Positions 38,236 to 50,900 of a stretch of 64,000 bases of DNA are shown here, one piece after another. Where the stretch lies: assembly GCF_963921235.1 (NCBI RefSeq), contig NC_086108.1, positions 4,712,001-4,776,000 of the forward strand, in the 5' to 3' direction. Positions within the stretch are counted from its first letter, which is position 1, and each line of letters begins with the position of its first letter. Under the pieces are notes generated by a model. It saw only the letters and a program-made list of their open reading frames with translations, was not told the DNA's origin and made no database searches. The translations under genes were made by a program, and so were the position numbers. This DNA is from Mobula hypostoma (lineage: Eukaryota).

Positions 38236-38316
38236 CGGGGGTTCCCAACCTGGGATCCACAGACTCCCTTGTTTAATTGTACTGGTCCATGGCATAAAAA
38301 ATGTTGGGAACCCCTG
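38236..38316. mobile_element. ~80-bp hAT-type MITE
   Basis: TIR C.GGGGTTCCCAAC / GTTGGGAACCCCTG; copies at 41968-42047 and, split, at 47287-47940. Confidence 0.75.
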
Positions 38317-38476
38317 CTTTACAGCAGAGATGAAGAGAAATTTCTTAAGCCAGAAGGTGGAATTCATTGCCATGGATGGCAATAGAAGACAAGCAACTGG
38401 ATATATTTAAAGTGGAGATTGATACGTTCTTGATGAGCCAGGGCATCAAAGGCAAAGGGGAGAAGGCAGGAGAATG

Positions 38477-38783
38477 CAAACAACAGGAATTCTGCAGATG
38501 CTGGAAATTCAAGCAACACACATCAAAGTTGCTGGTGAACGCAGCAGGCCAGGCAGCATCTATAGGAAGAGGTACAGTCGACGTTTCAGGCCGAGACCCT
38601 TCGTCAGGACTCTAGGAAGAGGTACAGTCGACGTTTCAGGCCGAGACCCTTCGCCAGGACTCTAGGAAGAGGTACAGTCGACATTTCAGGCCGAGCCCGA
38701 AGGGTCTCAGCCTGAAACGTCGACTGTACCTCTTCCTAGAGATGCTGCCTGGCCTGCTGCGTTCACCAGCAACTTTGATGTGT
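38477..38783. mobile_element. Palindromic PLE mini-insertion with tandem hammerhead units, 15-bp TSD
   Basis: GAAGGCAGGAGAATG at 38462-38476 and 38784-38798; 50-bp units across 38562-38695. Confidence 0.9.
38576..38611 (-). ncRNA. Minimal hammerhead ribozyme motif
   Basis: Reverse complement is AGTCCTGACGAAGGGTCTCGGCCTGAAACGTCGACT. Confidence 0.8.
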
Positions 38784-38965
38784 GAAGGCAGGAGAATGGG
38801 TTTGAAAGGAAGAATAAATCAGTCATGATGGAACGGCGGAGCAGCGTTGAAGGGCCAAATCGAGTGATTGCACCACGTGTGCACCATCTTCCACTATAAC
38901 TCATCTAGGTTATCTGAATGGAGTAATACCTTGGATTGTGAATACACTGCAGTTCATTCAGCACT

Positions 38966-39145
38966 GAAACAGAACCAAGGAACACTGGAGCACCCATCCC
39001 TCCTCCCCCGCCCCCGAAACAGCACCAAGGAACACTGGATGACCCGCTCCTCATGAAAGTGCACCAAGGGACGTCGGATTACCGTCCCCCAGTGAAACAG
39101 CACCAAGGAACACCAGATCACCCCATGAAAGAGCACCAGCAGAAT
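38966..39145 (+). repeat. Degenerate minisatellite, 5 units
   Basis: GAAACAGCACCAAGGAACAC-like motif at 38966, 39016, 39055, 39094, 39127. Confidence 0.75.
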
Positions 39146-40304
39146 ACATCGACTCTTCAGACAACAGCAGTTTAAGCTGGTGTCTCACTGTCACCTGCTC
39201 CAGTGCAATTGGGATGGACCGGTTAGCCCTGCCAGTGAGGTCCAGGGTTTCGGAAAGAAACACAACATCATTCTGGAGGAACTCAGCAGGTCAGACTACA
39301 TCCACAGAAAGGAATAAACAGTCGATGTTTCAAGTGGAGACCCTTTATCCTAATGGATGAAGCCCGAAATGTTGACTATCTATTCCTTTCCATAGATGCT
39401 GCCTGATTTGCTGAGTTCTACCAGCATTTTGTATGTGTGTTGCTCTGGACTTCCAGCATCTGCCGAATCTCTTGTGTTCACGCAATATCAACTCCCAAGG
39501 TGAGCAGAAGAATGAAACAGCTTAGATTAAAAATAATTGGCTCCTATTAAGCAGTTATTAATTGAACAATAAATTTATTGGCTGCAGTTGTCTTTGTTCT
39601 TGGTTACATGTTTCACCACACATTTATTTTAGAGGGCAGTGAAACAGAGGGCACATAATGAACTCCAACCCATTCCCATGAACACCTATATGCAACAGAG
39701 CACAGGAAGGAGTTCATGCCAATGTCCCATCCACTTGCTGATCTCTATTTCTGCCCTTTCCTCACCCCATCCTCTCTATCAACAGATTTGCACCCAGCTA
39801 TAGGTCAGAATGGGGCTTGCCTCTTTTACAGTTATGCAGCTTTAAAATCGCTGATTTTTCTGGTTGCCTCATTATAGGAGAGGGTGCAGAGGAGATTCAC
39901 CAGGAGAACAGACACAAAGTGCTGGAGGAGCTCAGCATCTATGGATGAGAATAAACAATTGATTTTGGGCTGAGACCCTTCATTAGGACTGGAACAGAAG
40001 GGGTGTGACGAAGGCCCATCGCTAACTACGGATGGCACATGGTGCACTCGGTAAAACGCTCATCCCCAGCAGTAACAGTGACTGGGTCTGAACCAGAGCT
40101 GCTGCATTGAGCTGTCTCATATCGAGGTAGCAGCAACCCGCACAGGTGTGCTGATGGCGGAGGATACCATCTTTAATTCGATAATTGAGTATTTTTTTCC
40201 CAGTTTTTGTCTTGTTTTGAGGTAAATAAAAGCACCGCAATTTATTTTTGCGACTCAAGCCATCTGGTTATTTTTCTTAAACAATTGATCCACAGTTTTT
40301 TGTG

Positions 40305-41165
40305 ACAAGGGGGAAGCAGCCAGAACAAGAAGGTGGAGAGAGGAGAGGAAGAAGTACAAGGTGAGGGGGACAGGGTGAAGTAAGGAGCTGGGAAGTGGAT
40401 TGGTGAAAGAGGTACAGGGCTGGAGAAGGGACCATCTGATAGGAGAGGACTGAAGACCATGGAAGAAGGGGAAGGAGGAGGAGCACCAGAAAGGTAAGAT
40501 GGAAAGGTAAGAAGAGAATGTGTGAGAGGAAAACAATAATGGGAATATGGGAATGGTGAAGGAGAGGATGGGGTGGGGGGGGGGGGCATTACCAGAAGTT
40601 TGAGAAATCGATCTTCATGCCATCAGGTTGGAGGTTACTGAGATGCAATATGAGGTGTTGCTCCTCCAACCTGAGTGTGGCCTCATCGTGGCAGTAGAGG
40701 AGACGATGAACTGACATGTTGGAATAGGAATGGGAAGTAGAATTGAAATGGGTGTCCACTGGGAAATCCTGCGTTTGGTGGCGGATGGAGGGAAGCTGCT
40801 CGATGAAGCTGTCTCCCATTCTACGCTGGGTCTCACTGATATACAGGAGGCCACACTGAGAGCATCAGATGCAGTAGGTGACCCCAACAGACTCACAGGT
40901 GAAGTGTCACCTCACCTGGAAGGGGCAGTGTGGCACTTGTTTCACTTGCAAGGATAAGTACGAGGAGGGAGACCAGTTGGGAGGGACGAGTGGATAAGGG
41001 AGTTGAGTAGGGAGTGATCCCTGTGGAAAATGTTGGGGGAGGGGGGAAGGTTTGCTTGCGGTGGGGTCCCGTTGGAGATGGCAGAAATGACGGAGGATTA
41101 TGTGCTGGATGCGGAGAATTGTGAGGTGGTAGATGAGGACAAGAGGAACCCTACCCCTAGTGTGG
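40305..41165 (-). mobile_element. Penelope-like element fragment (GIY-YIG region)
   Basis: RVPLVLIYH..IQHIILRHF; THFNSTSHS..RLEEQHLILHLSNLQPDGMKIDFSNF. Confidence 0.88.
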
Positions 41166-41967
41166 TAAAAACAAACAGGCGTGGGGGAGGGGAAGGAGAA
41201 GTACAAGGTGGTAGGTGATAGGTGAAATCGGGAAAGGGGAAGTAGGGAACTAGGAAGTTGATTGATGGAAGAGATGAAGGATCAGAACAAGAAGGTGTGG
41301 GGAGGGGAGGAAGGTGCTTCTTCCCCCTTCCTTTCCAGTCCTGATGAGGGATCTCAGCCTCGAACATAAACTTTTTTATTCCCACCCACAGATACTGCCT
41401 GACATGCACTGTGTGCTCGCTCTAGGTTTCCAGCATCTGAAGAACCTCCTGTATCTAAGATTCACCGGGATGCTGCCTGCATTAGGGAGCACGTCTTCTG
41501 AGGATGGGTTGAGAGAGTTGGGCTTTTCTTTTTGGAGTGAAGGAAGACGTGTCTGCCACATCACCCCACTGTCTCTGCCTGTAAAGGGTTTGTGTGTTCT
41601 CTCCCTGACCGCGTGGGTTTCCTCTGGGTGCTCATGTTTCCTCCCACAGTCCAAAGACGTACCGGTTGGTAGGTTAATTGGTCATTGTAAATAGTCCAGA
41701 GATTAGGCCGGAGATAAATCGGGGGGTGCCGGGCAGGGAGGCTTGAAGGGCCGGAGGTGTACAAAATTCTGAGAGGAACAGATGAAATGGACAGCCAGTT
41801 TTTCCCAGGGCAGCAGTGACTAATACAAGGGGACATAATTTTAAGGAGTTTGGAAGAACATATGGGTGGGTCGAGGGGTGCCCGAGTTAGTTTTATTTTA
41901 AACACAGAGAGTGGCAGCTGTATGGAACGAGCTGCCAGGGGTGGTGGTGGGGGCAGATACACTCGGG

Positions 41968-42047
41968 CAAGGGTTCCCAACCTGCAGTCCATGGACCTCT
42001 TGCTCAATGGTATTGGTCCATGGCATAAAGAAGGTTGGGAACCCCTG
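41968..42047. mobile_element. hAT-type MITE inside CR1
   Basis: CAAGGGTTCCCAAC...GTTGGGAACCCCTG. Confidence 0.75.
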
Positions 42048-42699
42048 TATTTGAGGCATTAAAGAGAATCGCAGGTAGGCACGTGGAACAAATAAAAATG
42101 GAGGGCTATATAGGAGGGAAAGGTTAAACTGATTTTTGTGGTTGGCACAAGGCTTTGCAGTTCTTGCTACCCGGGTTGAATTCCTGCCACTACTGCCTGT
42201 AAGGAGTTTTTATGTTCTCCCCGTGACCACTTGTGGGTTTCCTCCGGGTACTTTGGTTTCCTCCCACAGTCCAAAGATGTACCGGTTCATAGGCTAATTG
42301 GTCATTGTCAATTGTCCCGTGATTAGGCTCGGGTTAAACCGCGAGGGGGTGGTGTGGGTGCTGGGCAGCACGACTTGAAGGGCTGGAATGGCCTATTCCA
42401 TGCTGTAGCTCAATAAATAAACAAACAAACAAACAAATGTATAAATAAATAAAAGGTCAGCACAACATTGTTCTCTGGCAGGAACTGAGGGATGTTGATA
42501 CGGGGTTTTCTATGCTTTTAGGCTGGTACAATGTAGTTTTATGGACAGTAAAACCCTTTTTTTCCCCAGCAGTTTGAGACAGAGCCAAATATAATCAAAC
42601 ACGAACCACTCCATTCCTTCAGTCAAGCCTGCCACTTCGAGTGATATAAATATTAAAGATTAGCTTTATTTGTCACAAGAACATCAAAACATCCAGTGA

Positions 42700-42922
42700 C
42701 ATACATCAAAGTTGCTGGTGAACGCAGCAGGCCAGGCAGCATCTATAGGAAGAGGCGCAGTCGACGTTTCAGGCCGAGACCCTTCCTGACGAAGGGTCTC
42801 GGCCTGAAACGTCGACTGCGCCTCTTCCTATAGATGCTGCCTGGCCTGCTGCGTTCACCAGCAACTTTGATGTATGCTGCTTGAATTTCCAGCATCTGCA
42901 GAATTCCTGTTGTTTGCGTTTA
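42700..42922. mobile_element. Palindromic PLE mini-insertion with 14-bp TSD
   Basis: AAAACATCCAGTGA at 42686-42699 and 42923-42936; near-perfect inverted arms; hammerhead core at 42786-42817. Confidence 0.9.
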
Positions 42923-43984
42923 AAAACATCCAGTGAGATGTGTTGTTTGTGTCCCTAAGACAATGAGGCATAGAAGCAGAGTTTGGCCGTTTGGTCCATC
43001 ATGTAAGGTATGCTGTTCCATCTTCCTTTGCCCGCTACGCCGCTGGCGTTTAGGGCAGCAATGAAGGTCCTCCGTTTCTGGCAGTGTTCATGGCATCCTT
43101 CATCATACCAGTTACTACCTCTCAGTTTTCACTACTGTCAGTCATACAAGTTTCGGGTGGAGACTCAGGAACACCATTGTATTCAGATGCGGAAGGATCC
43201 TTCATTGCTGTTTCCGTAACAGTTCTGTTTGACCAGTCAGGGTTGTTAAACCTGAGCTGAACTCCTGAACCTGAAGGACCGGTGACCACTCTTAGTCTGG
43301 CCTCTACCCTTTGACCTGTTTCATATGAGTGACTTTAACAAGAGCCAAAGCACAAAACCCTGATTCCAGCCGACATAGCTGTCCGGGTCATTGAGGCACA
43401 CGAGCCTCCAAACCACAAGGTGCAGTCCTCTTGGAGGTGTCATTCCACCATGGCTGATTCACTTTCCCTTTCAACCCCATTCTCCTGCCTTTTCCCTATA
43501 ATCTTTGACACACTTACTAAGCAAGAACCTATCAACCTCTGCTTTAAATATAGCAAACGTCTTGGCCTCCACACTCGTCTGTGACAACGAATTCCACAAA
43601 TTCAACACCCTCTGGCTAAAGAAATTTATCCTCATCTGTGTTCTAAAGGGACGTCTTTGTATTCTGTCAACAACCAAGACAGTCAGAGGATGTTCTGGAG
43701 GCAGCTTCTAGCACCAAAACACCATGCCCATGCCCCCAACTTACTAACTGTAATTCAAATGTCTTTTGGAATATGGGAGCACCTTGAGGAAACAGACACA
43801 ACCTCAAGCAGAACATACAAACTCTTTATAGCAGCCGGAATTGAACTCCAATCTTCCAATTGCTGACAGAGTAAAGGGTAACGCTAACTACAATGCTATC
43901 ATGCCATGCTGGTATCAAACAGCCCCAAACTCCATGCCACAATCAAACAGAATTAGGTTAAGCCATTTCTGTGTATTCATTTAA

Positions 43985-44860
43985 ATTCAGAAGAATGAGG
44001 AGGCGATCTCATTGAAATCTATCAAGTGTTGAAAGGCTTTGATAGAGTGGATGTGGAGAGGATGTTTCCTACAGTGGGAGAGTCTAAGACCGGAGGCCAC
44101 CACCTCAGAATAGAGGGATGTCCATTTAGAACAGAAATGAGGAGAAGTTTCTTTAGCCAGAGGGTGGTGAATCTGTGGAATTCATTGCTATAGTTGGCTG
44201 TGGAGGCCAAGTCATTGGGTATATTTAAGGTAGAGGTTGATAGATTCTTGATCAGTCAGGGCATGAATGGATATGTGGAGAAGGCAGGAGTTTGGGTCTG
44301 GGAGGGAAAAAGGATCAGCCATGATGAAATGACAGAGTAGACAAATGCCTTGGAATGGAAATGCCTACAAAAGGTAGTGGATTCAGCCCAGTACATCACG
44401 GGTAAAGCCCTCCCAACCATTGAGCATATCCACATGAAACACTGTCATAGGACAGCAGCATCCATCATCAGAGATCCTCACCACCAAGGTCATGCTCTCT
44501 TCTCGCTGTTGCCATCAGGTAGAAGGTACAAGAGCCTCAGGACTCACACCACCAGGCTCAGGAACAGTTACTACCTCTCAAGCATCAGGCTCTTGAATAA
44601 AAGGGGATAACTACACTCACTTGCCCATCCACTGAGATGTTCCCACAACCAATGATCTCCCTTTAAGGACTCTATCTTGTTAGTTCATGTTTTCATTATT
44701 TATTGCTATTTATTTAAATTTACATTTGCACACCTTGTTGTCTTCTGCACCCTGGTTGATCTTTTATTGATCCTGTTGCCCACAGGAAAATGAATCTCAG
44801 GGTTGTATGTGGTGACATATATGCACTCTGATAATAAAATTTACTTTGAACATTTTTGAA
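43985..44860 (+). mobile_element. CR1 3' fragment followed by Rex1/Babar 3' fragment
   Basis: FFSQRVVNLWNSL (~44150); ORF 44350-44610 RDPHHQGHALFSLLPSGRRYKSL. Confidence 0.85.
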
Positions 44861-45303
44861 CTTTGGAAAACCACACATTCTCTTGAATGCCGCGTGGTCA
44901 CTTGTGCCACGACTTTCACTGATGCCCAGTTAAACTTGTGCCCTTCATGACCTTCATAGGTAGAGACTAGGGAATTAAACCCTAATCTTCCGATCCCTGG
45001 CATGAGACTACCATGCCTCCCGGGTAACAAACAGCCCCAAACTCCATGCCTGAACCAAATGAAATTAGATGAAAGCATCTCTCCATAGTTCACAACAACA
45101 TTTTAAAGACACATGCATATTACCTATCCCTCTGTTCTATACCAAAACAATGAATATATTCGTTGGAAAAAAAGCTGCATACTGAACCACTTAATCTGGC
45201 ACCCTCAGCAAACTGGATATTATCTGTGGCTGTAGGCCGACAGAACTCATTGCCAAAATATTCACTGAACACTTTTTCACAACACTCCTCTGCATCAGGT
45301 TAC

Positions 45304-45333
45304 CTGGAACTCCCGTTCACAGTCTCGTAGCCT
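45304..45333 (-). CDS. Host-gene mini-exon (30 nt)
   Basis: Acceptor ttatttcacgttcttctgtactaag|, donor CAG|GTAACC; phase 2-2 reading GYETVNGSS(R) joins 34866 in frame. Confidence 0.6.
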
Positions 45334-45818
45334 CTTAGTACAGAAGAACGTGAAATAACACCACGTTGTCAGTACAACACAACGACACTGTTGAACAGCT
45401 TTGTTGAGTGGAATGGCAACTTAGGGATATTCAGCCTTGGCCCTATCATGCACAAGATTACAACTCTTACCAAGTATTTCGTAAAAATAGTACTCTGCCC
45501 AAACATGTTTAAGAGTAGTCACATTGAAACCACAAACCAGGCGTGGTTATGATGATGTGCATGGAAAACTCTACATTAAAGTTGTATCATCATCCCCTGA
45601 TTTAGCTGTACTCATTCACTCAGGCTGTAGATCAAGAACATTCTTCTTAAAAGAAGTCAAGATGATTTAAGAAATTATATTCAAGTCACTCCTTTCAATA
45701 GATTCACTGGAACTCCCTCTCTCTTCACACCCTCTTTCCCTCATGCCTCAGGTCGATTCTCTCCCCCCCCGCCCCCATATGAGAATACTGTCTCAGGTCA
45801 ATTCCCTCCATGAAAGTA

Positions 45819-46101
45819 ACACTCACAACACGCTGGAGGAATTCAGCAGGTCGGGCAGCATCAGTGGAAACGATCAGTCAACGTTTCGGGCCGTAACCCT
45901 TCGTCCGGACTGAAGAGGGAAGGGGCAGAGGCCCTGTTGACTGACAGGGCCTCTGCCCCCTCCTTCTTCAGTCCTGACGAAGGGTTCCGGCCCGAAACAT
46001 TGACTGATCGTTTCCACGGATGCTGCCCGACCTGCTGAATTCCTCCAGCGTGTTGTGAGTGTTGCTTTGACCCCAGCATCTGCAGAGTATTTGTGTTTAC
46101 T
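45819..46101. mobile_element. Palindromic PLE mini-insertion, subfamily 2, 13-bp TSD
   Basis: CTCCATGAAAGTA at 45806-45818 and 46102-46114; hammerhead motifs at 45970-46005(+) and ~45876-45911(-, CGGACGA variant). Confidence 0.9.
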
Positions 46102-47352
46102 CTCCATGAAAGTACTCTCTCCCTCTCTCTCTTCACCCCAAATCAGAACCAAATCAGGTCTAACATCACCTGCATATGTTGTGCTATTTGTTGTTCTGCA
46201 GCAGCAGTATATTGCAATACAAAATAATACAAACTGTGAATTACAGTAACTATATAAAGAAAACACAAATTAAATAATTAGTGCTTTAAAAAAAGCAGTG
46301 AGATAGTGTTCATGGGTTCAATGTCCATTCAGAAATCTGATGGCATTGTTCCTTGAAGATGTCCTGAGTGCTGGGAAGGCTAGTGCCCAAGACGGCACTG
46401 ACTGAATTCACAACTTTCCGTAGCTTCTTTTGATCCTGTGTAGTGCCCCCTCACCCCCGCCACCATACCAGACTGTGATGCAGACAGTTAGAATGCTCTC
46501 CGCGGTACATTTGTGGAAATTCACAAGTATCTTTGGTGACGTACCAAATCTCAAACTCGTAATGAAATCTCACAGCTGTTGTGCCTACTTAGTAACTGAG
46601 TCGATATGTTGGGCTCAGGATTGATCCTCAGAGATGTTGACATCGAGGAACTTGAAATTGCTCCTCCTTTCCACTACTGATCCCTTGTTGAAGACTGATG
46701 TGTGTTCCCTCATTTTACCCTTTCTGAAGTCCACAATCAATTTTTTGGCTGTTACTGAGACACCACTCAACTAGCTGATTATCTCACACCTGTACGCTTT
46801 CTCATCACCACCCGAAATGCACTCACATCTACTTGCTCCTCACCCACTGTGATCACTCCCCTCCCCATGAGAGGACTTTCTGCCTCGCTCTTTTTCTCCC
46901 TCTCTCCACCCGATCCACTCGAAGTCAGAGTCAAAATAAATGCATTATTAAAGTGTGTATATGTTATCATATCCTACCCTGAGATTCATTTTGTAAGACC
47001 ATAAGATATCAGATCAGAATTGGGCCATTCGGCCTATCAAGTCAGCTGATTTAGTATACCCCTCAGCCCCACTCTCCTGCCTTCTCCCTGTATCCCTTCA
47101 TGCCGGACTAACAAAGAACCTGCCTTCTCCCTGTATCCCTTCATGCCGGCCTAACAAAGAACCTATCAAACTCTGCCTTAAGTATGTTCAATGACTCGGC
47201 CTGTGGCAATGAATTCCACAGATTCACCATCTTCTGGCTAGAAAAATTCCTTCTCATCACTATTCTGAAGGGACGTTCCTCTTTTCCGAGGATTTCTAAC
47301 CTGGGGTCTGTGGACCTCTTGCTTAATGATATTGGACTACAGTATAATAAAG

Positions 47353-47922
47353 TGTAACATCCTGGGAAAGGTTTCACTGCTAATGTAAAGGTTTTTCTGC
47401 AGTAGCAGTGTTTGGGTTATGGCTAGAGATAACGGGGGCTTTGGAATGTGCACTGTCCAATGAACGGAGTGTTTTTTCTTGTTGTGTGCCTGACATTAAG
47501 GTGGTCTGGGTCTTCTGTTCAGTGGAAGATGGGGAGAGAAGATGCCTAAAAGGAGAGGTCATAGGCACCAGAAAGAAGTGGGCTTCGAGTGGGACTGGGA
47601 GTCGATGAAGCCCGGGGAAATTGATGGAGGACCAGTGGAAGGGAAACTGTGAGCTCCAACTTGTGCGTGTTAGACTGTTTCATTAAAATGGGCGCTTTTC
47701 TTTTTGTTTTACTTTACTAACCCTTTAGTCAAATTAAGAATTATAAAGCTAAATCATTTAATGGCATACTGTGTGTTATTTCGTGGTATTGATTTGTAAC
47801 AGGGTAACACAACACACAGCATTCACCCAAACAGGAGGTTTTGTACCTCAATCTCACACGTTTGGTGGGGCCAGAGATTGTCTTCCCTAGACTTACGCCG
47901 TCGACAGAACCGGAGGGTTACA
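47353..47922 (+). mobile_element. Solo LTR with 4-bp TSD
   Basis: TGTAAC...GTTACA termini; AAAG at 47349-47352 and 47923-47926; splits a MITE; strand assignment tentative. Confidence 0.85.
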
Positions 47923-50900
47923 AAAGGTTGAGAACCCCTGCTCTATCGTGAGGCTGTTTCTTCTGGTTCTAAACCCTCCCACTATAGGAACCATCCTCTC
48001 CACATCCACTCCGTCTGGGCCTTTCAATATTCAATGTTTCAATGAGACTTCTTCTCCCCCACCTCCCTCCATTTTTCTAAACTCTAACGAGTACAGGCCC
48101 AAAGCCATCAAATGCTCCTCATATGTTAACCTTTTCATTCCTGGAGTCATCCTCTGGAAACCTCTCCAGAGCCAACGCACCTTTCCTTAGATAAGGGGCT
48201 CAAAACTGCTCACAAACTATACACAATGCTTTTCATCTAGGCATTTACAGGAAAATACAGAAATACAGTAGAATTTTATGAAAAACTACACATAAACAAA
48301 GACAGACAAACCAGTGTGCAAAAGACAAAATGTACAAATAAATAAATAATACCGAGAACATAAATTATAGAGTCATTGAAAGTGAATCAATCGGTCATGG
48401 AATTCAGAGTTAGGAGAATGAAGTTGCTCACATCAGTTCAGGAGCATGATGATTGAGGGGTAATAGCTGTTCCTGGACCTGGTGTTGTGGGTTCTAATGC
48501 CCCTCCACCACCTTCCTGATGAGAAGAGATGGTGGGCATCTTTGACGATGGATGCTGCTTTCTTGTGGCAGCACTCCATGTAGATGTGCTCAGTGGTGGC
48601 AGGGGGAGGGCTTTGCCTGTGATGGATTTGATTATATCCACCACTTTTTTGTAGAATTTTCCATTTCTGGGCAGTGCTATTTCTATACCTGTACTGTGCA
48701 TCTTTAGAGGTCTGTCAGAGCTTTAGATGACATACCAAATCTACGCAAACTTCTAAGAAAGTAGAGGTGCTGTCGTGGCTTCTTTGTGATAACACTTATG
48801 CGCTGGTCCCAGGACAGATCTGAAATAATAATGTCAAGGAATTGAAAGTTACTGACCCTCTCCACCCCGATCCTGTAATGAGGACTGGCTCGTGGACCTC
48901 TGGTTTCTTCCTATAGTCAATGATCAGTTCTTCTCCATCCACTGTGGTCAATGTCCTTATGAGAGTAGAGGACTCTCTTCTCCCTCCCCCAACACCCTCC
49001 AGAACAATCTCTCCTGTGAGAACTCTATCTCTCTGGCTCAAACCTCATGTGGGTTTTGTGGATCCATTCCAGGCAGGACGAGAGTTATACCCTCAATCCA
49101 TACCCCCAGATCAGGTCCATGTGAGCAGGAGGTATGAGAGCCGGCTACACCTCAGTTACATGAGTTCTCAAGTCTGGAGTTCATTGCCAAGTCCACAGCG
49201 GGGTTGGGGTCGATACCAAAGTCTGGAGCCCGAAGGTCAATTGGGAGTCCAGAGGTCAAAGCTCGGGGTCTGAGAGTTCACAGGGGAAGTTGGAGGCCTG
49301 CTGTCTGCAAGCCCTTTGGAGGCCGGAGGCCCAGCAGCATGTCCTTGGGTTGGAAGAAGCACGTCCTTGGGTGTGTATGTGTTGGGGGAGTTGTTGTTTT
49401 CTTGCTTGTCATGTTCTGTCTGTGGTGTTCTGTTGTTGTTACTTGTGCTGTTCTGCCAAACATTGTAGACATGCTGCACATGTGCAGGCTGCCCTGGCAC
49501 ATCTTTAAACAACCCAATTGCTGCATTTCACTGTCTGTTTTGATGTACATGTGATGAACTTAAAATTCCTGGGTGTTACCTGTCCTGGGCCCAACACATA
49601 AGTGCAGCTGCTTTGACAAACATCTATAGATGTGCAGTGAGAGTATATTGACCGGCTGCATCACAGCCTGGTAGGGAAATACTAATGCCCTTGAATGGAA
49701 AATCCTAAAATGACTAGCCAATTTAGCCCAGTACATCACAGGTAAAGCCCTCCCCACCATTAAGCATATCTACATGGAGAGTTGCAGGAAAGCAGCATCC
49801 ATCATCAGGGACCCGCACCATCCAAGACCTGCTCTCTTCTTGCTGCTGCCATCAGGAGCCTCAGGACTCACGTCACCATGTTCAGGAACAATTACTACCC
49901 CTCAATCATCAGACTTTTGAACAAAAGGAGAGAAATTCACTCATCTTCACTTGTCTCATCATTGTAAAGTTCACCCAACCAATGGACTCTCAAGGGCTCC
50001 TCATATCACGTTCACGATACTTATTGCTATTTATTTATACTTGCATCTGCAGTTTGTTGTCTTCTGTACTCTGATTGAAAGCCCTAGATGGGTGGTCTTT
50101 CATTGATTATGTTATGGTTACTCTTCTATCGATTCATTGAGGATGTCCACAAGAATATGAATGTCAGGGTTGTACATGGTGACATGTATGTACTTTGATA
50201 TAAAATTTACTTTGAACCTTGAACCTTGATTACTAAATGAATCTAAGTCTGAATCTGAAGGTACTTGGTTGAATCTGCTCCAGATTTGAGGAGGTTTTCA
50301 ACCCTACTGAATGAGTTCATTTCATATCCTGAGCCCACAGTGAAGGACGGACACTATGCAAGAAGAAAGTGCTCCTTGTTGCAGTGGCCTGCTTTGGTTG
50401 CAGTCAATCACTTCAACACCCCCAGACGCCGTTCAGCCAGATATCTTCCAAAGAAAACAAATAAATAAAATGCAAGTCACGTGGAGGAGAAGTTGTTTGA
50501 TGTGTGACTATTTGCAGACATGTAATCAACCAGATCAACTATAAACTGAACAGACTGAAGCACTCATTATCGAATTCACATCTGGAATCCAAATGTGCAT
50601 TTTGTTCAACGTGATCAAGAAGAGAGATAAGCATTCCCTAGTAAAATTATATCCAAGTTTATTTTTATATAGTGTGTGGAATTGTAAAAACATCTCAAAA
50701 TATAAGACATTCCTTTCAACTCCAAAGACTCCGAGTTCAAAGATGTTTGAACTAGAGAAGGCACATGGTAGTGTAGAACTAAGATTTTATGATTTAAAGA
50801 TTAACTCTATTTGTCACATGTACCTCAATGACCAATAGTCTACGGATGTGCAGGTGCTGGTATGCTCTTGGCGCCAACAACTCATGAACCCTAACCATGG

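Noticed and set aside
38966..39145. CRISPR-like repeat/spacer pattern
   Set aside because: Repeats are degenerate, spacers are short and low-complexity, there are no cas genes, and the context is eukaryotic
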